Shown: positions 1 through 7,981 of the stretch, in pieces
Layout of the letters: each line of letters starts with the position of its first letter
How positions within the stretch are numbered: the stretch's first letter is position 1
DNA from: a virus
Lineage: Duplodnaviria; Caudoviricetes
Direction: 5' to 3' (one strand)
Length of the DNA: 33,999 nucleotides
Virus record (IMG/VR): IMGVR_UViG_3300036987_000434
Span: 1-33,999 of that record
The notes under the pieces: generated by a model
Seen by the model: the letters and a program-made list of their open reading frames with translations, nothing else
Told to the model about the DNA's origin: nothing
Database searches by the model: none
Program-made: the position numbers and the translations under genes

Positions 1-146
1 CTGCTGCTTGATACCAGTTGAAGCGGATGGCGCCACCCACAACATCCACACCAAACCGAGGCGCGCTTCCGCAGCGACGCACCCGTGTTCCCAGACTCAA
101 GCCTGTCCCTGAGACTGAGGGATTACGTTTTTTTTCTGTTTTTCCC

Positions 147-175
147 TTGACGCTCGCACCTCGCCGTGTTAGTGA
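147..175 (+). promoter_or_regulatory. Candidate sigma70-type late promoter
   Basis: TTGACG (147-152), 17-bp spacer, TAGTGA (170-175) preceded by TG-n; T-rich tract upstream (128-143). The -10 is imperfect. Confidence 0.4.
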
Positions 176-307
176 TTGAGTAGAACGCCTTCGCGGCGTT
201 CTCCCAGAGGCGCGCGGGGCCTCTCGCAAATCCCGCATCCCCACCCTCGAGAGACGGGACTCTCGTAAAACTCCTTCCCTTCCGTGCCGTACTCGAAGTG
301 TGCCCGG

Positions 308-643
308 ATGAAGCCCGCCGAACAAATCCCCTACTACGCGCCAGACGGAACCTCGCTTGGATTCCGCTCGATGGGGGCCGCAAAACGCCTGGTCGAAGGC
401 GGCTTCGCAAAACCCTCGTACGGGCGAAAGGGCCACCTGAAGGCGATCTGGCTGCGGCGGGAGGACGGCAGCAGCCCGGTTGAGGCACGCGCTCCGGCCG
501 GCACTCGCTACAGCTTCCTCGAAACCCTGGATCATGGCCGGTGCTGGAAGCTTCGCCGGGTGGATGGACGAGACGACGACGGCATGCTTGTGAGCACGCG
601 CGGCGTGTTCCTGCAGGTGCTCCGGGAGTGCCTGGTCCGATGA
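308..643 (+). CDS. Hypothetical phage protein upstream of terminase (alternative GTG start at 284)
   Basis: Protein-like ORF with GC-rich codon usage, MKPAEQIPYYAPDG...; no recognisable motif. Confidence 0.65.
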   Translation: MKPAEQIPYYAPDGTSLGFRSMGAAKRLVEGGFAKPSYGRKGHLKAIWLRREDGSSPVEARAPAGTRYSFLETLDHGRCWKLRRVDGRDDDGMLVSTRGVFLQVLRECLVR

Positions 644-732
644 AGTCCGCGCGGCGACAAATCGGGGCACGCTTCCTGGCGCGGGCACGCGCCGCGTTTC
701 GTAATCCGAGGAAACTGAAGCCACGTGCGTAG
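640..732 (+). CDS. Putative 30-aa Arg/Lys-rich peptide
   Basis: ATGA overlap with the upstream stop; MKSARRQIGARFLARARAAFRNPRKLKPRA has 8 R + 3 K and no acidic residues. Confidence 0.35.
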   Translation: MKSARRQIGARFLARARAAFRNPRKLKPRA

Positions 733-847
733 ACTGCCACCAGACTCGGCCGAAGGCCGTTGCAGAGCGAATTAGGTACTGGGTTTTCTTCGGTTTACGG
801 CGGGTAGAAGGATGGCACGCTGTGGCCAGCCACAGGCTCAAAAAACC

Positions 848-874
848 AGTCAACAGTAGTCAACGCCAGTCAAC
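848..874 (+). repeat. Three AGTCAAC direct repeats with exact 10-bp period
   Basis: AGTCAAC at 848-854, 858-864 and 868-874, ending 5 nt before the terminase small subunit ATG. Confidence 0.9.
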
Positions 875-879
875 ACTCG

Positions 880-1395
880 ATGAAACAGCCGGGCTTGATG
901 ACGCAGGCCGAGTATGCGCGGCACCGCAAGGTAAACCGTTCATACATTAGCCGGTTGGCGAAACGCGGCATCCTCGTGATGCGCGGCAAACTGGTGGACG
1001 TCGCGGCCAGCGACGCGGTGCTCGACGACAAACCTGTTGACTTGGAGCAGCAGGAAACTCCGGCGGGTGCGTCGCGGCCTCCCGTTGACGGAGTTGGCAC
1101 GCCGCCGGCAGGGAGCTTCGCGCAGGCGCGGACCGCCGAGATGATCTTCCGGGCGCGGCTGCGGAAGCTGGAGTACGAAACCCGGACCGGCAAGTTCCTG
1201 CCGGCGGACGAGGTCAAGGTCAAGTGGTTCACGATTGCCCGCCAGATCCGGGACAAGCTGCTGGGGTTGCCGGCAAAGTTGGCTCCGCAGTTGGCCGCGC
1301 TGAGTGACCTGAATCAGATCCGCGATCTGCTCGACACCGAGATCACGGCGACCTTGAGGGGCCTGCAAGAGGAGATTCGGTATCAGCGCCATTGA
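880..1395 (+). CDS. Terminase small subunit (Nu1-like)
   Basis: N-terminal HTH-like MTQAEYARHRKVNRSYISRL, helical ARLRKLEYE...GKFL...IRDKLLGLPAKLAPQL segment; directly precedes terL. Confidence 0.85.
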   Translation: MKQPGLMTQAEYARHRKVNRSYISRLAKRGILVMRGKLVDVAASDAVLDDKPVDLEQQETPAGASRPPVDGVGTPPAGSFAQARTAEMIFRARLRKLEYETRTGKFLPADEVKVKWFTIARQIRDKLLGLPAKLAPQLAALSDLNQIRDLLDTEITATLRGLQEEIRYQRH

Positions 1396-1411
1396 GGAAT
1401 GCGTCGATCAG

Positions 1412-3238
1412 GTGATCGCGGCGTTCGAACCGCCTCCGCGACTGACGGTATCGGAGTGGGCGGATCAGTACCGGCGCCTCTCATCGGAGGCGTCCGCCGA
1501 GGCCGGCGACTGGAAGACCGATCGCGCGCCGTACCAGCGGGCGATGATGGACGCCTTGACGCCCAACAGCCCGTACGAACGGGTTGTCGTCATGGCGGCC
1601 TCACAAACCGGAAAGACTGAACTGGCCCTGAACTTCTGCGGGTACATTATCGACCGCGATCCAGGGCCGACGTTGGTAGTCCTGCCCCGCGTCGAGGATG
1701 GCGAAGCGTGGAGCAAGGACCGCCTCGCCGCCATGCTGCGGAACACGCCGAGCCTGCGTGGGAGAGTGGCGGATGTCCGGTCGCGGGATTCGAACAACCA
1801 GATCCGCCACAAGCAGTTCCAGGGCGGCAGCATCAGCATTGCGGGTGCCAACAGTCCGGCAGGCCTCGCCATGCGCCCGATCCGGTATGTGTTGCTCGAC
1901 GAGGTGGATCGGTACCCGCCGTCGGCCGGAACCGAGGGTGACCCCGTCAGCCTGGCGGTGAAGCGATCGACGACCTGGTGGAATCGCAAGATCCTGCTCG
2001 TTTCGTCGCCGACCGTCAAGGGCGCGAGCCGCATCGAGTCATGGTGGCTGCGCAGCACCCGGTCGAGCTTCTGGGTGCCGTGTCCAGATTGCGGACACCA
2101 CCAGGTGCTGGCTTGGCCGAACGTCGAGTGGCCCGAGGGCCGGCCCGATGAGGCGCAGTACCGATGTGAGCACTGCAGCGTACTGATCCCGCCGCATCGG
2201 AAGCCGTGGATGCTGGCGCGCGGCGAGTGGCGCCCGGCGAATCCGAAGAGCCGGATCGCTGGCTTCTGGATCAGCCAGTTGTACTCGCCATGGAAGGAGT
2301 GGCCGGACACGGCGGTCGAATTCCTCGAGGCCAAGGCCGGGGGACCGGAGACCTTGCGGGCGTTCATCAACACGGCGCTCGGTGAACTCTGGGACGACGA
2401 GGCTGAGACGCATGTTGATCTTGCTGCTCTGTTGGCGCGGTGCGAGGCTTACGGTCCGCGGCTTCCTGCTGGCGTTTGTGCGCTCACTGCCGGTGTGGAT
2501 CTGCAGTTGGATCGCGCCGAGGTTGAACTAGTCGGCTGGGGCAAGGGCGAGCAGTGCTGGTCGATCGAATACCAGGTATTTCCCGGCGATCCGAGCGCGC
2601 CCGAATTGTGGCGGGCGCTCGACGATTATCTGAATCGCCAGTGGCTCCACGAGTACGGGATCTCGCTGCCGGTGGCGGCGTGTGCCATCGACTCGGGCTA
2701 CCACACCCAGGCGGTCTACGACTTCTGCCGCACGCGATATCACCGCCGGATCTTCGCGATCAAGGGCAAGTCCGGTTCGCTGCCGGTGTGGCCGAAGAAG
2801 CCGACGCGCAATACGATCAACCGGACGCCGATGTGGATCGTCGGCGTCGACAGCGCCAAGAGCGTCGTCTACGGACGCCTGAAGATCGAACAGCCTGGGC
2901 CGGGTTACTCGCACTTCCCGAAGGAGCGGACCCAGGAGTGGTTCGAGCAGCTCCTGGCCGAGACCTTGGTGACGACCTACTCGCGTGGCGTCCCGGTGCG
3001 GGAGTGGCGCAGGAAGAGAGGCGTTCGGGCAGAGGTACTCGACGCGCGAGTGTACGCCTACGCCGCGTTCTGCGGGCTGGTCTCGATGGGGCTGCGGCTC
3101 GATGCGGAAGCGGAGCGGATCGCGGCACTGGGCCCGCAGCCGCGTGAGGAGCATGTGGGGACCGGGGTTGCTGTGAGGGGATCTGGCCGGACGGTGTTGA
3201 GAAGCCGGTGGCTGGATTCCGGGCGCCCGGGTTTGTGA
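1412..3238 (+). CDS. Terminase large subunit, GpA family
   Basis: PPPRLTVSEWAD start, Walker A VMAASQTGKTE, Walker B YVLLDEVD, SSPT motif, CPDC/CEHC Zn cluster, nuclease motifs GVDLQ, IDSG, EVLDARVYA. Confidence 0.97.
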   Translation: MIAAFEPPPRLTVSEWADQYRRLSSEASAEAGDWKTDRAPYQRAMMDALTPNSPYERVVVMAASQTGKTELALNFCGYIIDRDPGPTLVVLPRVEDGEAWSKDRLAAMLRNTPSLRGRVADVRSRDSNNQIRHKQFQGGSISIAGANSPAGLAMRPIRYVLLDEVDRYPPSAGTEGDPVSLAVKRSTTWWNRKILLVSSPTVKGASRIESWWLRSTRSSFWVPCPDCGHHQVLAWPNVEWPEGRPDEAQYRCEHCSVLIPPHRKPWMLARGEWRPANPKSRIAGFWISQLYSPWKEWPDTAVEFLEAKAGGPETLRAFINTALGELWDDEAETHVDLAALLARCEAYGPRLPAGVCALTAGVDLQLDRAEVELVGWGKGEQCWSIEYQVFPGDPSAPELWRALDDYLNRQWLHEYGISLPVAACAIDSGYHTQAVYDFCRTRYHRRIFAIKGKSGSLPVWPKKPTRNTINRTPMWIVGVDSAKSVVYGRLKIEQPGPGYSHFPKERTQEWFEQLLAETLVTTYSRGVPVREWRRKRGVRAEVLDARVYAYAAFCGLVSMGLRLDAEAERIAALGPQPREEHVGTGVAVRGSGRTVLRSRWLDSGRPGL

Positions 3239-3251
3239 CCGGAGGGTTTCT

Positions 3252-3611
3252 GTGGCAGACGCAGCATCGTTGCAAGCACGCTCGTTCGGGAAGATAGCCG
3301 TGCCGACTCCCGGCACACCCGTGCGGTTGTCGTCGGACGAGACGCTGCGCGTGAGCCGCATGCGATTCGCCGCAGTGATTGGCGAGGTCGGCCGCGTTTT
3401 CTTGGGCGTGGCCGGGATGACCAAAGCCAACGGTAGCGGCGTGATCAAGGAGTTCTGGCCGACCGGTGCGGGCGGCGGCGCGGCGGATGAGTTCGTGATC
3501 GACTCACCTGCTGGCGAACTGCGGCCGTCGGACTACTACATCGACGCGAACACGGCGGGTGAGGGTTTGATCGTCGCTTACTGGCTCTGGGTTCCGTCCT
3601 TCAACAGTTAA
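3252..3611 (+). CDS. Hypothetical phage protein (beta-rich)
   Basis: GGAGG ribosome-binding site before GTG; fills the gap between terL and the first methylase. Confidence 0.75.
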   Translation: MADAASLQARSFGKIAVPTPGTPVRLSSDETLRVSRMRFAAVIGEVGRVFLGVAGMTKANGSGVIKEFWPTGAGGGAADEFVIDSPAGELRPSDYYIDANTAGEGLIVAYWLWVPSFNS

Positions 3612-3615
3612 TCCT

Positions 3616-5136
3616 ATGACCCCCTCCATGGCGACCAGCATTGAGTTGTGGCCGGTCGAGCGACTGGTGCCGTACGGCAGGAATCCTCGCACGCATTCCG
3701 ATGCTCAGGTCGCCCAAATCGCCGCCTCGATCGTCGAGTTCGGATGGACGAATCCGATCCTCGTGGATTCGAACGACGGCATCGTGGCCGGGCATGGACG
3801 GCTCCTCGCAGCCAAGAAACTCGGCCTGGCAGAAGTTCCGGTAATTGTTCTCGACCACCTGAGTGAGACGCAAAAGCGCGCTCTGTTGATCGCTGACAAC
3901 AAGCTGGCCGAACTGGCGGGATGGGACAATGACGCGCTTCGCGATGAGTTGTCCGAACTCAACGACGCCAACTTCGATCTGGGGACGCTCGGCTTCAGCG
4001 AGGATGAACTTCGCGTGTTGCTCGCCGAAGTAGGCGATGGCACGGCACCCGAACAGGGTGCCGAAGAGGAGATCCCGGAAGCACCGGTTGAGCCTGTCAC
4101 CCGACCCGGCGATGCGTGGCGAATCGGAAAGCACCTCCTGATCTGCGGCGACTGCCGCGATCACGCTGTGGTGGCGCGACTGTTCGAAGGCGCGAAGGCA
4201 AGCATGGTGATCACGTCGCCGCCGTACGCCACGCAACGCGAGTACGACCCGGCGAGCGGATTTCAGCCGGTCCGTCCGGAGGAGTATTGCGCCTGGTTCC
4301 GCGAGGTGGCCGCCAACATCGCGGTGGTTCTGGCGCCCGACGGTTCGTTCTTCCTGAACCTCAAGGAGCACGCCGAGGACGGCGAGCGGAGCCTGTACGT
4401 GAAGGACCTGGTCATCGCCCACAAGCGGCAGTGGGGATGGCGCTTCGTCGATGAGTTCTGCTGGCGCAAGACGGACAACGGCGTGCCGGGCGGCTGGAAC
4501 AACCGATTCAAGAATGCCTGGGAGCCGGTCTTCCACTTCAGCCGGCAACCCGAGATCAAGTTCCGGCCGAAGGCTGTTGGCCATGTCTCGGACGGGTGCT
4601 TCGACTACTCCCCCAACAACCCGAAATCGACCTCGGGCAGCGGTCTGCTGGGGACCGGGGCCCGCGGATCGGCGGCCGGGCAACAGGGCAACGATGACGA
4701 CGACGGTCGATTTACCGGCATCGCGCGGCCGAGTAACGTGATTGAGGTGAAGTCCGAGAGCAGTCAGGGATCGCACTCGGCACCGTTCCCACGTGCGCTG
4801 GTCGAGTTCTTCGTGAACGCCTACTCAGATCCTGGCGACGTGGTGTACGATCCGTTCCTCGGGAGTGGAACCACGATGGCCGCCGCGCACGTGCTCGAGC
4901 GGGTCGGCTACGGGATCGAGATCAGTCCGGCTTATTGCGACGTAATTCTGAGGCGCATTGCCCATCTCGCCGGCGGGGAGCCGGTGCTCGTCGACACAGC
5001 GCAAACGATCGCGGAGGTGGCCGCCGAGCGCGGCGTCCCCGCGGAACAGGTCGATAACCCGCGCCTCAAAGACTCGCGCCGCATCCGGCACAACGGGCCG
5101 GCGCCGTTCTATGGCAGCCGGCGCAAGACAGGCTGA
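3616..5136 (+). CDS. ParB N-terminal domain + N4/N6 DNA methyltransferase (beta class, SPPY)
   Basis: ParB-like RNPRTHS...FGWTNPILVD...IVAGHGRLLAA...ADNK; catalytic ITSPPY; HSAPFP; SAM-binding DPFLGSGTT; GIEISPAYCDV. Confidence 0.95.
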   Translation: MTPSMATSIELWPVERLVPYGRNPRTHSDAQVAQIAASIVEFGWTNPILVDSNDGIVAGHGRLLAAKKLGLAEVPVIVLDHLSETQKRALLIADNKLAELAGWDNDALRDELSELNDANFDLGTLGFSEDELRVLLAEVGDGTAPEQGAEEEIPEAPVEPVTRPGDAWRIGKHLLICGDCRDHAVVARLFEGAKASMVITSPPYATQREYDPASGFQPVRPEEYCAWFREVAANIAVVLAPDGSFFLNLKEHAEDGERSLYVKDLVIAHKRQWGWRFVDEFCWRKTDNGVPGGWNNRFKNAWEPVFHFSRQPEIKFRPKAVGHVSDGCFDYSPNNPKSTSGSGLLGTGARGSAAGQQGNDDDDGRFTGIARPSNVIEVKSESSQGSHSAPFPRALVEFFVNAYSDPGDVVYDPFLGSGTTMAAAHVLERVGYGIEISPAYCDVILRRIAHLAGGEPVLVDTAQTIAEVAAERGVPAEQVDNPRLKDSRRIRHNGPAPFYGSRRKTG

Positions 5137-5143
5137 CACCTCG

Positions 5144-6382
5144 ATGGAACTCCAGGTCCAACAGTGGCCGATCGATCGGCTGATTCCGTACGTGCGAAAC
5201 CCGAGGACGCACTCCGAGGAACAGGTGATGCAAGTCGCCGCGTCGATCGCGGAGTTCGGATTTGTGAATCCGATTCTGGTCGGGCCCGACAACGTGATTA
5301 TCGCCGGCCACGCCCGTGTGCTCGCGGCGCGGAAGCTAACCTTGACCGAAGTGCCGGTGATCGTGCTCGGGCATCTGTCGGAAACGCAGAGGCGAGCGTT
5401 GGTAATCGCCGACAACCGGCTCGCCCTCTCAGCGGGATGGGACGAGGAGATGTTGCGCGTCGAGTTGGACGCTCTCCGCGAGGACGAGTTCGACCTCGAT
5501 CTGCTGGGCTTCACCGGCGACGAACTGGAGGACCTGCTGCGGGACTCGGACTCCGCCGCGCCAGGCCTCACGGATGAGGACGCCGTCCCGGAGGCGCCCG
5601 AGGCGGCGGTAACGGTACCCGGCGATGTGTGGATACTGGGCGACCACCGGATCCTGTGCGGCGATGCCACCAGCATGGAGGCGGTCCAAACGGTGCTGGC
5701 TGGGGGCTTGGCGGACATGGCCTTTTGCGATCCACCCTACAACGTTGACTACGAGGGCAAGACCGCGAAGAAGCTCAAGATCGGCAACGACGCCTTGGGT
5801 GGTAAGTTCTACGAGTTCCTGCGCGAGTCCTGCGCGAACGTGTTGGCGGTGACCAAGGGAGCCGTCTACATCTGCATGTCTTCATCGGAGCTGCACACCC
5901 TCTACCAGGCGTTCACCGACGCCGGCGGCCACTGGTCCACCTTCGTGATCTGGGCCAAGCACCATTTCACGTTGGGCCGGTCGGACTACCAGCGGATGTA
6001 CGAGCCGATCCTGTACGGCTGGCGCGACGGGACCGAGCACTTCTGGTGCGGTGACCGGAACCAGGGCGACGTGTGGTTCATCAAGCGGCCCATGGCGAAT
6101 CTGGAGCACCCGACCATGAAGCCGGTAGAACTGGTCGAACGCGCGATCCGGAACAGCAGCGAAACGCGCGACACAATTCTTGACGTCTTCGGCGGGTCGG
6201 GCACGACGTTGATCGCGTGCGAGAAGTCCCGGCGGCAGGCGCGGCTGATTGAACTGGAGCCGAAGTACTGCGATGTGATTATCCGGCGTTGGCAGGAATT
6301 CACCGGGCAAGAAGCAAAGCTTGAATCTGACGGGAGAAGCTACGGCGAGGTCGCCGGAGCGCGAAGCCCAGTGGCGGCGTGA
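5144..6382 (+). CDS. ParB N-terminal domain + N6-adenine DNA methyltransferase (beta class, DPPY)
   Basis: Start reassigned to ATG 5144 (MELQVQQWP), which matches the paralog's N-terminus; ParB motifs; CDPPYN; HPTMKPVELV; DVFGGSGTT; IELEPKYCDVI. Confidence 0.95.
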   Translation: MELQVQQWPIDRLIPYVRNPRTHSEEQVMQVAASIAEFGFVNPILVGPDNVIIAGHARVLAARKLTLTEVPVIVLGHLSETQRRALVIADNRLALSAGWDEEMLRVELDALREDEFDLDLLGFTGDELEDLLRDSDSAAPGLTDEDAVPEAPEAAVTVPGDVWILGDHRILCGDATSMEAVQTVLAGGLADMAFCDPPYNVDYEGKTAKKLKIGNDALGGKFYEFLRESCANVLAVTKGAVYICMSSSELHTLYQAFTDAGGHWSTFVIWAKHHFTLGRSDYQRMYEPILYGWRDGTEHFWCGDRNQGDVWFIKRPMANLEHPTMKPVELVERAIRNSSETRDTILDVFGGSGTTLIACEKSRRQARLIELEPKYCDVIIRRWQEFTGQEAKLESDGRSYGEVAGARSPVAA

Positions 6383-6536
6383 GGTGGACCGGTGCCTCGC
6401 CGAGATCGCAGCGATCGAAGCATTGCTGCTCGCAGGCCACCCGGACGTCGAGGGCCTTTGCCTGGCGCTATCAGACTGGTCCGCCGAGTTGAGGATTCTT
6501 GAGGGAGCAGAAGCAGAACCGCCGCCGGATCGTTAG
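6321..6536 (+). CDS. Small hypothetical helical protein
   Basis: Amphipathic sequence WRREVDRCLAEIAAIEALLLAGHPDVEGLCLALSDW; TTG start overlapping the methylase end, start uncertain. Confidence 0.4.
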   Translation: MNLTGEATARSPEREAQWRREVDRCLAEIAAIEALLLAGHPDVEGLCLALSDWSAELRILEGAEAEPPPDR

Positions 6537-6548
6537 ACCCGGCGGCGG
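6519..6548. terminator. GC-rich hairpin at the junction of convergent genes
   Basis: CCGCCGCCGG-N10-CCGGCGGCGG, a perfect 10-bp stem; only short U tails on either strand. Confidence 0.6.
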
Positions 6549-6574
6549 CTTGGGTGAAGGCAGGTGGGAAGTCT

Positions 6575-6994
6575 CTACTTGACGATCTTGTAGACCCGCT
6601 CGCCGGCCTCGTTCTTCGAGGAGTCGATCTTGATGCGGTTCTTCTTGGCGGCGATGGAGATGAAGCCCCGGACGCTGTGGGCCTGCCAATCGGCGGCCTT
6701 CATGATCTCGGCGAGGGTTGCGCCCTTGGCCCGTCCGATCATCTCCAGGATCTTCGCGCCCTTGCTCTCGGCGCGCGGCGTGGTCACCTTCGCGCGGGCG
6801 GGTTTGGCGGCCTTCTTGGCCTTGGCTTCCTTCTTCGGCGCGGCGGCCTTGGCTTTGCCACCCTTGGCGGCCTTTTGGCCCTTGGGCGCGCCCTTCTTCT
6901 GGCTGGCGCCCTTCTTCGAGGAGGCCTTCTCCGGCGCGCCCTGCGCGCCCTGTTCCGCAACGGCGGCGGATGTGTTGGCTTCTGCGTTGGTCAT
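6575..6994 (-). CDS. DUF3489-family protein with Lys/Ala-rich N-terminus
   Basis: SKGAKILEMIGRAKGATLAEIMKAADWQAHSVRGFIS...GERVYKI matches the DUF3489 (winged-helix-like) signature. Confidence 0.85.
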   Translation of the reverse strand: MTNAEANTSAAVAEQGAQGAPEKASSKKGASQKKGAPKGQKAAKGGKAKAAAPKKEAKAKKAAKPARAKVTTPRAESKGAKILEMIGRAKGATLAEIMKAADWQAHSVRGFISIAAKKNRIKIDSSKNEAGERVYKIVK

Positions 6995-7035
6995 CTTAGT
7001 TCTGGCTACCTTTCTGCGCTGGTTCGCGCATGACG

Positions 7036-7066
7036 ATGGATCACTCCGTTTGGCCCGGAAAGCAAG
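7036..7066 (-). promoter_or_regulatory. 31-bp motif copy 1, upstream of the DUF3489 gene
   Basis: 26/31 identical to 7734-7764; minus strand reads CTTGCTTTCCGG...GAGTGATCCAT. Confidence 0.6.
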
Positions 7067-7136
7067 GGAAAAGTGAACGTTTCGGAGCGGATTGCTGGTG
7101 TGCGCGTGTGGTGGCGGCAGTTCGGGAGGTGGCCGC

Positions 7137-7469
7137 TTAGCGCGACCGCTTGCCTTTCGGTGCGGCGTCGCGCGTCCGTGGCGCGGCGGTGGTGGCTTTG
7201 GGGGCGTCCAGGCGTTGGACCGCCTTCCAGATGCGCGCGATGGCAGTCTTGCGATCCTTGAACTTCCTGACCGGCTTCAAATCGTCGAAAGGCGGGACGT
7301 CGGCGATGCTGTTCCAGATCTGGGCGAGCTCATTGCCGCTCAGGAATTCGAGCAGCTTGCCAAGCTCCGACTCGCTGGTGAACACATGAATGTCATCGCT
7401 GGCAGGAACGTCTTCGGCCGCCGCGTAGACCGCGATTCTGTTGTCGCGACCGATGGTGAACACTTTCAT
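7137..7469 (-). CDS. Hypothetical protein (possibly a truncated DUF3489-associated N-terminal domain)
   Basis: AGGAG RBS upstream on the minus strand; MKVFTIGRDNRI...IWNSI...KPVRKFKDRKTAIARIWKAVQRL. Confidence 0.75.
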   Translation of the reverse strand: MKVFTIGRDNRIAVYAAAEDVPASDDIHVFTSESELGKLLEFLSGNELAQIWNSIADVPPFDDLKPVRKFKDRKTAIARIWKAVQRLDAPKATTAAPRTRDAAPKGKRSR

Positions 7470-7487
7470 TCGAGTTCGTCTCCTTTC

Positions 7488-7724
7488 TCATCGGTTCCAG
7501 CCGGTGAGTTTTCCGTCGGCAGTGATGGTGAGGTTTTTGAAATAGGCGCTGCGGACTCCTATCCAGCCCGCGTGACTCTTCACCTCGTAGCGCACGGCGA
7601 CGCGGCTTAGCTTGAGCCGGTAGTGGCGCAGGCCCTCGTGCTCGACCTTTTGGAAATTCCCGTAACGGTCCAGCTTCCAGCCGTTGAGAATCGCCCATTC
7701 AATCAGTTGTTCGCGGGTGACCAT
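7488..7724 (-). CDS. Hypothetical protein, 78 aa
   Basis: Start reassigned to ATG 7724 (MVTREQLIEWA); the longer ORF to 7964 overlaps gpW antisense. Confidence 0.7.
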   Translation of the reverse strand: MVTREQLIEWAILNGWKLDRYGNFQKVEHEGLRHYRLKLSRVAVRYEVKSHAGWIGVRSAYFKNLTITADGKLTGWNR

Positions 7725-7733
7725 AGCGGGTCC

Positions 7734-7764
7734 ATGGGTCACTCTGTTCGCGCCGGAAAGCAAG
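7734..7764 (-). promoter_or_regulatory. 31-bp motif copy 2, upstream of the 78-aa gene
   Basis: Minus strand CTTGCTTTCCGG...GAGTGACCCAT, ending 9 nt before ATG 7724. Confidence 0.6.
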
Positions 7765-7774
7765 TGCGCTAACG

Positions 7775-7978
7775 ATGTACACCGACGAGCAACTCCAGGC
7801 GCTCCGCGATGCACTGGCGAACGGCGTCCGGCGAGTCCGGTTCGGGGACCGGGAGATTGAGTACCGAACGATTGACGAACTGAAACAGGCAATCGCCGCC
7901 GCCGAAACTGATGTGGCGCGAAGCGGCGGGACGCCCGTGGTGCGACAGATCCGGGTCGAAACACAAAAAGGTTTCTGA
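7775..7978 (+). CDS. Head-to-tail joining protein, gpW-like
   Basis: 67 aa, LQALRDALANGVRRVRFGDREIEYRTIDELKQAI; immediately before the portal. Confidence 0.9.
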   Translation: MYTDEQLQALRDALANGVRRVRFGDREIEYRTIDELKQAIAAAETDVARSGGTPVVRQIRVETQKGF

Positions 7979-7981
7979 GAG

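Noticed and set aside
106-143. Intrinsic terminator before the late promoter
   Set aside because: The stem is only 5 bp (TCCCT/AGGGA) and separated from the T tract; the tract is equally explained as an upstream promoter element
848-874. CRISPR-like array
   Set aside because: Repeats are 7 bp with 3-bp spacers; no cas genes
4958-5143. N-terminal extension or frameshift fusion of the two methylases
   Set aside because: Paralog similarity begins at ATG 5144; the extension is low-complexity and no slippery site was seen
6554-7610. + strand ORFs 6554-7033, 6630-7076 and 7092-7610
   Set aside because: Antisense to the DUF3489 cluster, which has the recognisable motifs and RBS
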